From: a virus
Virus record (IMG/VR): IMGVR_UViG_3300023301_000006
Span: 1 to 64,000 of that record
Length of the DNA stretch: 64,000 nucleotides
Reading direction: 5' to 3' (one strand)
Both the position numbers and the translations under genes were made by a program. The notes under the pieces are model-generated. The model saw nothing but the letters and a program-made list of their open reading frames with translations. It searched no databases and was not told the origin of the DNA. Shown piece after piece: positions 53,516 through 64,000 of this stretch; positions within the stretch are counted from its first letter, which is position 1; each line of letters opens with the position of its first letter.

Positions 53516-56292
53516 TTAAACCTCCTCATATAAAAAATTTTTATCTAAGATTTCTTCAAAACTAAAAATGTCATAACCCTTCCTAAGATAAACACAAACA
53601 GAAGCTTGATACACTTCTTTTTCTCCACCAAATGGCTTAACACGGTAAGCACGATTTCCCCCCGTTAAACCGAAGTAATTTAATTCCCTTAAGTCTTGTC
53701 CCATAGCCCAACTGTAGCCAATGCGATTTAACTCCATTGAAAGCTCATCAATTTGTTTCATCGTTCTTACTTTTACTACAAATCCTGTATCTAGTAACTT
53801 TCTCTTTATTTTCAATGTTTACACCTCCTTGAAGATGATTGGGATTTTAGTCAACATGTCTGCATCGAAAAGGTGGTAGGCGGTTTCATCATTAGCGTAG
53901 TCTTTACACTCATCTAGAATGTACACACCTTCTTCTTCAATACTTTTTATCTTAAAGATTTTACCACTAAGCTTATTCATATTTGTAGAAAAATAACACC
54001 TAGTTGTTACAAAAAAGCCATCAGAGAATGGGGATTTTTCAACTCTAAAATATCTACTAAATTCTTCTTTGGTCTTAACCCCAACTATTTCTCCAATTCT
54101 AAACTTAGGACTATAAGGTGTTAAATTACTCTCTTTAATAATTATTGAGGTGTCTATCTCACCTAAGTAGCACGGAAAAAAAAGACCCTCACTCAAAGAA
54201 CACAATTGAAAACCACCTTTAATACTGTTGTCTTTAGTACTGTATAGTCGTGTCGTTATTATTTTCATTTCTACACCTCCTTGTATATAATATTGTGTAA
54301 CTTGACAAGCATGTCTGAATCAAAATAAAACCCCATTCCATTTACTAATCTAAAAGTACCATCACTGGTTTTATGACTTATCTCATATTCTTTTCCACAA
54401 AATTCATTCATGTCTTGTTGAAAATTAGAACAAGTAATTACCCTAAATCCCCATGGTTGGTCATTTAAGATTGTAAAGTCTTTTTCAAATTCTCTTTTAG
54501 TCTTAACTCTAACCGTTTCTCCAATTCTAAATCTAGGAGCAGTCAACTTAATGACAGATGAATCATCAATGTGAATATTAAAGTAGGAACCTTTTTGGAA
54601 AATCTCATATCTATTACCATTTCTTATTGACTTGATAAAGAAATTTCCTTTTATAGTTCCATCAGTTGTTTTATATAGAGTTTCTTTTTTAAAGTCCATT
54701 TATACCTCCTCGTAAATACTTAATACATTAACCAACATATCAGCGTGAAAGTAAAACCCTCCATTTTCCTCTGATAAATAAGTGTCAGAAGTGTCATCTT
54801 CTTTTCTAACCCTAAAAATCTTTCCACTATATTTGCTCATCGCCTCAAAAAACATAATAGATGCACCATGTACGGAAAATAAATTGTCATACTTACTTTC
54901 TTTAATTAAAAAATGTTTACTGAATTGCTCTTTAGTTTTTATTGCAACTAACGTCCCACTCCTAAAATTAGGAGAATACTTTCTTACTCCCTCTTTCTTT
55001 GGATTAAAATTAAGAAACTCACCTTTTAAAAAAGCTTCACCCCCTTGAAGTTTAAAAACTTCTCCTTCTTTAGTGATATACAGTACATATTCCTCCATCT
55101 TTAAACCTCCTTATAGATTACATTTTCTTCCCAAATGTCTTTAAACTTATAAGACCCCTTCCAAGAAGGTGTGTAATCAGATAGTTCGCTATATGTTATC
55201 CTGGCAAGGTCTATATGAATTTCATAATAAACAGGGAAAAAGGATTCTGGTGGAAACCAGTCTAGAGGGGCGTCACCCTCTTGCCACTTATATCCAATCG
55301 TATCTAATTCCTTAGAGATTTGAATGGCTTCTGATTTATCCATTACTTTAACAATAAATCCTCTTTCCAATAATATTTTCTTTATAAACATGTTCTACCT
55401 CCTTTAGATTTCTGAATATATTTCATTGTTTTCTGCGAACATTTCTCTAGAGAACACATACGAGCCAACACCTTTTAAATCATATGAATTTATTGAAGGG
55501 TTAGCGTGGATTATAGTATACGTTTTACCACAGAATTTATTCATGACTTCTGAGAACAAACGTGGAACTCTAGCTCTAAAGTTAGATTGGCTCCCTACAA
55601 CAAGATTACTATGATTTTTTTTAAACTCTTGAAACGTTTTTATTCTAATCCTACTTCCTTTTCTGAATTGGTTTATCCTATATACATCAAAAGTTTCTCT
55701 CAGTTGACTCTCTGAGTAGACTTTGCCTTCCACAGTTCCTCCCCCTACTACTCTTCTGTGTTTCTCAATGATAGATATTACTCCAGTTTTCTTATGTATC
55801 AATTGACTCCCTCTTTCTATTAAATCCATCTATTCTCACTTCCTCTCCAAATATTCTTTAGATTTCTGAATATATTTCATCGTTCTCTGCAAACATTTCT
55901 CTAGAAAACCCATACGAATTAATACCGTCCAACTCATATAAATTCCATTCAGGTGTGGAGTGAACTATAGTATACGTTTTGCCACAGAATCTATTCATTT
56001 CTACTGAAAATGAACGGGGAACCTTAACTCTGAAGGGAGGTTGGTTTCCTAGAACAAGACCCTTATGACTCCTTTTAAACTCTTGAAATGTTTTTATTCT
56101 AACTCTGTCCCCCTCCTTAAATTGATGTATTCTATATCCCTCAAAAGTTTCTTTTAGTTGACTCTCTGATAGGTAGTTACCCCCCACTAAATAAGCTATA
56201 GTTCCATTGTCTCTTCTTACGTTTCCTTCATTAACAAATACTTCTTTGGTTTTTATAGATACTAATTGGCATCCTCTGTTCGTAAGACTCAT
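53516..56292 (-). CDS. Seven YxEV-tag genes: 53516-53815, 53819-54268, 54271-54699, 54700-55098, 55101-55391, 55404-55829, 55858-56292
   Basis: Ends LYEEV, IFKEV, IYKEV, IYEEV, IYKEV, IYSEI, IYSEI; families A and B; last two are close duplicates. Confidence 0.78.
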
Positions 56293-56387
56293 TTATTTCC
56301 ACTCCTTTATATTTTTTATTTCTTTTCTTATACTTATATTATATCAGAAAATGAATAAAATTACAAGAAAAAAATGTAGCTTTCAAG

Positions 56388-58846
56388 CTACACCTCTTTG
56401 TAAATTGGTGAGAGTAAATCAATTGCGTTAATTATTTGAAAATTACTTGGATTCTTTTCTTGTTGAATGTATCCATCATTAACTGCTACATCAATCGTCC
56501 AGAAGTCTTGCTCACCCATCAAGATAATCTCAGTTCTTCTTCCCATAAGTATTTTGAAATCAGAGTCTATATTATCATTATTATAAAAAAGATTATTAGT
56601 CTGTGCGTAGTGATATACTATTTCTATATCAGTTTTATTTCTTATTCGGATTATTGTGTAGTCCTTCATATTATTACACCTCTTTATAAAATCCTAAGGG
56701 CAAGTCAATTGCGTCAATTACTTGAAAATTGTCAAGATTCATTTTTTGTTGGCGATATCCATCTCTCAGTGCTATATCAACCGTCCAGAAGTCTGTCCCA
56801 TCTATCAAGATAATTTCAGTTTCTCTTCTCATAAGTATTTTGAAATCAGAGTCTATTTTATTCTTATTATAAAGAAGATTATTTGCAAGTGCATAGGAGT
56901 ATATTAACATTATGTCAATTTCACTTTTTACTCGGATTATCGTATATTTTTTCACGTTACTATACCTCCTTGAATATCACTTCAAACATGGTTTCTCTTA
57001 TGTCTATTGTTTCATAAGTGAAACCCATAGATTGTAGAGCTTTTAATTCCTTGTTGTAATCTACGCCAAAACTAACCCGATTCCATACACTTATACACCC
57101 CACTTGTGCCCTTGAGGGTATATCAGAAGAATAATTGTGAATTCCTGCTGACCTTAAGTACTCTGGGAAATGTCTACGATTAAATCCAATTCTAAAATCT
57201 ATTACTTTATAATCCATACTACACCTCCTTGTAAATGTAAATAAAATCTTTTATATATTTAATGCCTAACTCTTTCACTTCATTTCCTCTTTTTTTCTCA
57301 TATCCAAGAGAATCATCATAGTTCTCCACAAGCCAGATAGAGTTATTTTCTATTATTACTCCTTGACAAGGGTAATTAATTAGTGCGTTTTCGTTTCCTG
57401 CGTGTTCTCAGACGTAATCCTTTACTTTTGAAAAAATATAGAACATGTGTTTCTCAGAAAGATTAGTTAATCTAATTAAATCTATGGAACTCATAATTAC
57501 ACCTCCTGATATAATGGAAAAGTGTCTAGAACTTCTATAAAATCATAAACTCGATTACCCTGTCTTTTATAATAAGAAACGGGACATTTTGTTACTAATT
57601 TAGAACTACGTATGTGGTAGGCAATATCCCTTTCTGCTCCTTCAAAGTAGTTAAGTTTTTCTAAGTCTCGTCCACTTTCCCATTGACAACCATCGTCACT
57701 TAACATTTTTGAAAGCATTCTGGTTTCATCGAGAGTTCGTAATCTTACTACAAATCCATTTTCTAATAAATCTCTTCTTATTTTCAAAAATTACACCTCC
57801 TTGTACGTTTTATCAACGGGTCCAATTAACATATCTGCGTCAAAGCTATAAGGACTTCCTTCAAGACGATAAGTCCCATCAAAAGTAACAGTAGACACTT
57901 TAAATTTTTTGCCACAATGGTCATTCATACTGGGTAAAAAACCCTTTTTTGTATCAACTAAGAATCCACTGAATTCATCTTCTGGGAATCCCTCAACGAC
58001 TGTAAAATTCCTTTTAAACTGCGATTTAGTTTTTACCCACACTATATCTCCGACAGAGAATCGAGGAGAGTCGAGAATTAGCTCCTCTTCTTTAAGAATA
58101 ACATCAAAATCCGTAACTCCTTTATAGATAGGGTGATATACGGGGTTGTGATTACAAGATGAAGCAGGTCTAGTGGTAAATCCACCTTTGATTCTATTCC
58201 CCTTTGTCTTGTAAAGTACACATTGACATTCTATCATATCTACACCTCCTCGTATAAGAATTTGCATACGTAAATTTCTTTATAATTATAAACAACAAGT
58301 CCTTGTTCTTCATATGTCACAGCACTATTGTATGACACAAACCCACCTTTCCAGCCAGGTTCCATACTATACGCCAAGGTACCTAGGGACATTCCGAAGA
58401 AGTTATGTTGTATTAAATTTCTACCTGACCACCACCTATAATCAAGAGAATCAAGTACTATTGAGAGTTCTCTAACTTCTTCCAACGTTTCTAACTTAAC
58501 TACAAATCCTTCGTCGAGTAACTTCTGTCTTATTTCCTTCATAGTATTATACCTCCTTGTACAAAAAACTTTCCTCAAGAATTTCTTCATATTCGCAAAA
58601 AATCTTCCCCGTTTTTCTACAAGACTCAGAGTTAGTAAATCCTACGTAATGGCTTCCAGAATAAGGCTCTATTACGTATACTAAATCTCCTCTTTCTCTT
58701 GGACTAGGAGTAAAGGTCACTAGACTTTCATTTGACCACCATTTGTAGTTAAGAAGGTCAAGTAATATTGAAAGTTCTTTGATTTCTTTCAACGTTTTTA
58801 GCTTAACTCTAAATCCTTCTTCGAGTAATTCCTGTTTTATTCTCAT
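56388..58846 (-). CDS. Eight YxEV-tag genes: 56388-56669, 56674-56955, 56960-57217, 57219-57494 (TGA=Trp at 57408), 57497-57787, 57791-58237, 58240-58542, 58547-58846
   Basis: Ends IYKEV, FYKEV, IFKEV, IYKEV, LYQEV, TYKEV, LYEEV, LYKEV. Confidence 0.78.
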
Positions 58847-59114
58847 TACATACCAGCTTCTTTCATTAGCTCCTTTTCGTAGGCGTCAGAAGCTTCAATA
58901 GATTCAATGTTCCCTTCTAGTGCATCTCTGTACTCTCTTTCGTTAATTGCGTCCATTCCTTCGTGCTCCATAGCTTCTACTAGTTGGCATTGGTCTTCAT
59001 ATCTGTTAATGATTGTCATATTATCTCACTCCTTTTTATTTTTTATTTCTTTCTATACTTATATTATATCAAAATACGAACAAAATTACAACAAAAAAAA
59101 GTAGAAAATTAATT

Positions 59115-62100
59115 CTACTCTATTCGTTCTAAAAGTATCTTACTAGACTTTCTAAGAACATCATTTGATTCTTTACTGTCTGGTTTAAAACCAAGATTAT
59201 GTTCAATGTAGTCTTGAGCTTCCTCAATATATTTCGCCATAGTCATCATCTTTCTTGTTGGATTCCCAGTTCTTAAAACATCAAAATCTTCTTCTGACAT
59301 GAATGAATCTATACTACTTATGAACTTATTTAAATTTTTACTCATACTAACACCTCCTTACATAAGTAAATACCCTAAGACGAACACAAATCCCATAATA
59401 AAACACATGAATAACAATACAATAATTAGTTTATTCATATTATTTACCTCCTAGTTTAAAGTTCTTCTTAAAATTTCCCAGTACTCTAATGTGATAACTT
59501 TTTCCACAAACTCATAATCCACTTTACCTAGTGCAAAGCCAGCTATCATTCCATCTAAATATGTGTCTAAGTTTAAATGGTTGGTATCTGCATAATCAAC
59601 TATTGAATTTGTTTCTGTGTTTACTATCGCAAAGGTTTGCCCATCACTATTGTATATGTCATCAAATCTTATGTCCCCAAAATTCATGTCCATACTGGTA
59701 AAATATGACATCACTTGCGGGTCCACGATGTAATATTTCTCAATTATTAACATATTACTCGCCTCCTTCTGGGTCTTCTATTTTATAAGTAGTGACTGGG
59801 GTGATTTTAAGTGATTGAATAAAAACACATGAGGTTTCAGCAAATCCACGAATACTATCTTCTTCTTCTTCTTCGACTTTGCTAAAGTCAAACATCTCAC
59901 ACTCTGAAAACTCAAAGTAAGGTGTATTGACGATTGCCCCAAGAACATCATTCTTGTCTGTTAAACACACTGGAACGCAACGTACTTCACTGTGTTTGCC
60001 ATCTAAATCACTCATCATCCATTCATCTCTTAATATATCAAACAATTCTTCAGCCTTATCTCTGCGGCACAATATTCCTTCAAATTTTATTGCTCCTGAG
60101 TACCACCCTTTTCCACGAAACCCCACATAAGCTAAATTCTCTAATTTCATAATTACAATACCCCCTTAGGCTTATAGTCCTTACAATTACTCACATCTGG
60201 GATTCTAAGAGATAAATCTAAATCCCAATGACCTTCAAAACACGCCATACCATCTTTCTTCATATTCTTGCAACCGTTACATTTTAATTGCTTCATTATG
60301 CCTCCTCGTAATACGCGTAGTCTAATAATTCAAAGTTTTTTAACGTCTTTACTACTTCAGAAGTTTCAAGACCAAGACTGTGAAATGTAATAACTAGTCC
60401 ATGGTACAGAACCTTATAGTCACAAATTACGAACTTACCGTCATACTTAGCATATACTTTCGCCCCTGACCTAATGTTTTCCATAGCAGTCTTAAAATCA
60501 ATTTCTTCATACTTCTTATTCTCTAGTAACTCTAATTGATTTTCTTTTGCGTACAATACATTATAAATTAATCCACCTCTCTTTGAATGAATGATAATTC
60601 TAGGGTATACTTCTACAAAATCTGCTTCACGAGAGTCAATATCCAACATATCACAATAATCTGCCCACACTTCCCATGGAAAATCACTCTTGAGAATAGT
60701 AAATACTCCATTTCTCTTACTTTTACGAATATTATCCATTTGACACCTACTTCCTTTTTATAATTATAATTTACTATCTCTAAATGCAAGTTCAGGGGAG
60801 AAGAATTCTTCATATCTCTTTTTCCCCATCAATTGAGATACTCTCACTGGTTTAGTGTTAGACTTCAAAGAGTCAAATTTTACCGCAAACCCACCCAATT
60901 CTATTCTATCTGGGGCGTTATAGCAACTTCCCTCTTTCTCAGGTTCTTCCATAGAAACCATTGCACAGTTGTGAGTTTTCCATACCCATTCGTATCTGTC
61001 TTTTAGCAATTTTAGTAACAGATATTCATTTTTAGTTAGCATATTAATCCTCCTTTTTTCCGTTATATTACCTCCTTGTAAAACGTATGGTCGGATAAAT
61101 CACAAAAATTATAAATTTTATCACTCCCCAAGCACTTCACAGGTGCATATCTATCGTATTTACACATATAAACCCTAACTAACTCAACCCCCACACCATC
61201 TTCTTTTATAAATACATTGCTTTCTTTAGATAAATACTCACTTTCTGAAATTTTTAAAAAGGCTTCTTTAAAACTTATTTGTTTATACTCTTTGGCTTTT
61301 TTAAATGCTATGTTGCCTTTTAGCAACCCGATTAACACACTTAGTTCATTGACCTCTTTTAGAGGTATTGACTCAGTACCAAAGCTAATACTGGAATATA
61401 TTCTATCATCACCTACCCACCAGTCGTAATCTGAGTATTTGTGGTCTAACAACTTTATTCTTCCGCCACACTCTATTCCATTGTCTAATCTGAATTGCTC
61501 AACATAGTTTTTTCTCATTACCTCCTCAATTATTTCTGTCCAAGTATCAACAGCCCCTACAATTGTGCCATCAGGATATGATATTTCAAAGTAGAGCATG
61601 CCAGACGAAAACGGCATAGAGTGTTTTACTTTAGATATAGTGCCTATTTTTCCCTCAAACTCTCGCATTTCCTTGTTGAATAATTCCTTTTCTTCGTCTA
61701 ATACGATTTTTACTTTTCTACCTACTAATACTTCTTTCATAGTATTCATCTCCTATTCATTAAACAAGTATTCTGTAGTTACAATGACCACAGAAGATTA
61801 CTTCATTATAGTCCCATAGTGATGTGTCATCATATTGTATTAAGCTACCACAGTGTCTACAGGTCACCGTTTTTATTAAGCGTATGTGGTTAAAACCTTT
61901 ACTGTCATGATATTTCCTCCTTTTGTAAGATTAACAATCCTTATATATTATATTTAATTTTGTTCTTACATAATAGTTATAGTGAAATAATTGAAACATT
62001 TGGATTCCATAGGTAGTAGAATCGTTTATTTCAAAAAGAAGGTATTCGTCAAACGTCTCGCTATACTTTACCACATATTTTTCCTCACGGTACTCAACAA

Positions 62101-62167
62101 AAGTTTCCAACCCATGGTTTAACCTTTCAAACATTTCTCTTGACGGTATTTTATGGTATTCAGTCAT
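59115..62167 (-). CDS. Block of small hypothetical genes (59115-59345, 59451-59753, 59755-60150, 60296-60739, 60764-61042, 61063-61749, 61931-62167)
   Basis: RBS-supported co-oriented ORFs; three end in tag-like YEEA, YKEVI, YKDC. Confidence 0.65.
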
Positions 62168-62410
62168 TTTGTTTTCCTCCTTTTTTTATCTTCTATATAT
62201 ATTATATCACCAAATGAAGGATTTTTCAAGGACAATCTGTAGATTTCCATCGTGGGTGGGGGACTACTACCAGCGTGTAAGGTGGGGGAGTTACGAATAG
62301 TCAATGAATGTGTGTGGTGAATTATGGAAAATAAGGTGAAAATGAGGGTGGTTTATCGACACCACTCCACTGTGGAATAAACATTAATTACCAAATTTTT
62401 ACTGCCTCCC

Positions 62411-62460
62411 TCTATTTATATCTATTTATATCTATTTAAAGACTATTTAAAGACTATTTC
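62411..62460. repeat. AT-rich 10-11-bp repeats (likely origin unwinding element)
   Basis: Five tandem CTATTT-containing units beside the iterons. Confidence 0.65.
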
Positions 62461-62520
62461 AGAGAAAACGCCACTCCCCATAAACCCTTCTATAGCCTCA
62501 TCTATTGGGGTTTCAATAAT

Positions 62521-62625
62521 TAGTTAAACGGAAAATATAACTAGTTAAACGGAAAATATAACTAGTTAAACGGAAAATATAACTAGTTAAACGGAAAATA
62601 TAACTAGTTAAACGGAAAATATAAC
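62521..62625. repeat. Five perfect 21-bp iterons TAGTTAAACGGAAAATATAAC
   Basis: Contiguous direct repeats directly upstream of the rep promoter. Confidence 0.9.
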
Positions 62626-62690
62626 TTATTCGGAAAACGCACTTGACAAATTCCGTATGTTGTGATACAATATAAATAGGAGATGATAAT

Positions 62691-63410
62691 ATGAACAACT
62701 TAGATGTAGTCAAGCACGGTAGCTTGATAGACGCAACGTCAGAGAAACCCTTTTCACAATTTGAACAACAGTTTATAGCAGAGGCACTGTCAAAGATTTC
62801 TATGGAGGACAATGAACTGAAGGATACGGAGATAGACGTAGATGAACTTTACGAAGAGTGTTTTGGAGGTGTTCCGTCAGGGGTCACTAAGAAAAAGGCT
62901 TATGGAGCCCTAGAGGGATTGACAGAGAAAAAGATAACGATACATGTAAATGGACTAAAAAGGAAAGAGAGAGCATCATTCTCGTGGCTCAGCTTGTTCG
63001 TATATGACAAAGTTACAGGCAAGGCTACAGCCCATATTAACAAAGATGCAGCAATATATTTGTTGAATCTTGACGATAATTTCACAAAGATAAAAAGGGA
63101 GATATACATGCTAATGAGTAATACTTATGGTACAAGACTCTTAGAACTCATGAGTAAGGTATATGGTGCTGTGAATGAGAGACTCTTTACAATAGAAGAA
63201 TTGAGAAAACTGCTTCATGTGGGGGACAGGTATCCGAGTAACTACGACCTTAAGAGATATGTAATAGAGCCAGCCATCGAAGGAGTGAATGAACTAGCAG
63301 ACTTTGTATTAAGTTATGAACAGATTAAAACAAAAAGGAGAATATCACACTTCAAATTTACAAAGCACAAGAAGAAAGATTTAGATGAGCACAAGCCTAT
63401 AGAGTTTTAA
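62691..63410 (+). CDS. Plasmid-type replication initiator (Rep_3/RepB family)
   Basis: FSWL, YLLNL..NFT, SxYxxRLxEL, IEELRKLL, Y...DLKRYVIEPAIxxVN, KRRISHFKF; adjacent iterons. Confidence 0.88.
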   Translation: MNNLDVVKHGSLIDATSEKPFSQFEQQFIAEALSKISMEDNELKDTEIDVDELYEECFGGVPSGVTKKKAYGALEGLTEKKITIHVNGLKRKERASFSWLSLFVYDKVTGKATAHINKDAAIYLLNLDDNFTKIKREIYMLMSNTYGTRLLELMSKVYGAVNERLFTIEELRKLLHVGDRYPSNYDLKRYVIEPAIEGVNELADFVLSYEQIKTKRRISHFKFTKHKKKDLDEHKPIEF

Positions 63411-63633
63411 CAGCTCCATTTGTGTGTATCCACAACGCACCGTAGAAAGGAGGTCCACACCACTTTACACAGCTTAGTAACTACTGCTTTTGTTGACACC
63501 CTACCTTAACAATAAGGGTGTATTTAGCATACAAAGAATACAGTAAAGGTGAATCAAATCCTTACAAGCTCAATGATTTCCTTACAATGCCTCGGAATAG
63601 TTTTGTAAATAAAAAATAACCTCCGTTAAGAGG

Positions 63634-63873
63634 TTACATAATTCCTAATACTTTAAATACAAAAGATACAACAGCCCCTATAAATAAAATGGGGATTGTG
63701 AACGCCAGAAAGGATATTATATTATCCATCAGTTTGTCAAATACATTCGACCAATTAGTGTTTATAATGAATGCTTCATACATTTCTTCAAAGGCAAAGA
63801 CTATCAACATAGCCAGAGAGCCAATTACAAAAAGTGAAAGAAGAGAATTTAATATGGACTCTATAGCAGCCAT
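63634..63873 (-). CDS. Small membrane protein
   Basis: Two TM segments; hairpin terminator at 63610-63636. Confidence 0.6.
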   Translation of the reverse strand: MAAIESILNSLLSLFVIGSLAMLIVFAFEEMYEAFIINTNWSNVFDKLMDNIISFLAFTIPILFIGAVVSFVFKVLGIM

Positions 63874-64000
63874 AACATATCAAACCCAAACAAGTGTAAG
63901 ATGAATCCCACTATAAAGCCAATGGACGCAAGACACAACGTAACAATAATTGTACTAAAGAGAGCAAGTATAGTAGCATATAGGAACGTTCCTACCCATT

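Noticed and set aside
61755-61909. RBS-led ORF MTVKVLTTYA
   Set aside because: Stops at TAA after 10 codons; probably a decayed gene and not evidence of further recoding.
62521-62625. Direct repeats as a CRISPR array
   Set aside because: Repeats are contiguous with no spacers and abut a rep gene; they are iterons.
62513-62812. Minus-strand ORF with repeated YIFRLTS
   Set aside because: Translation artefact of the 21-bp iterons, antisense to rep.
63427-63435. DnaA box GTATCCACA downstream of rep
   Set aside because: Single one-mismatch copy far from the iterons; chance occurrence is plausible.
2518-63904. Many short antisense ORFs in the track (e.g. 3972-4346, 14582-14926, 20921-21247, 39612-39986)
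   Set aside because: Shadows of real genes on the other strand, no RBS or motifs.

Overview
64 kb of a large, AT-rich phage genome with a probable Firmicutes host (strong AGGAGG Shine-Dalgarno sites, sigmaA-type promoters, peptidoglycan hydrolases). The main result is that TGA is read as tryptophan: by manual count at least 27 in-frame TGA codons in 18 genes split the supplied ORFs, many at family-conserved Trp positions, and the tRNA cluster encodes a UCA-anticodon tRNA. Left to right: end of a probable reverse transcriptase; a lysis region with an 880-aa subtilase-amidase-PG-binding-NAGPA fusion and a second subtilase; nucleotide salvage genes; class II RNR, DnaE and DnaB interrupted by seven group I introns and a class 3 intein; RecJ, primase, AAA ATPase and SSB; a tandem promoter array; an RNA island (~580-nt ROOL-like RNA, a tmRNA reduced to its tRNA-like domain, 18 tRNAs, several unassigned structured RNAs); a PnuC/NadR/NMNAT NAD salvage cluster; more than 20 small genes from several families sharing a C-terminal YxEV tag; and a plasmid-type iteron/Rep_3 replicon suggesting a phage-plasmid. 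All calls are from manual reading and motif recognition; no database search was run.
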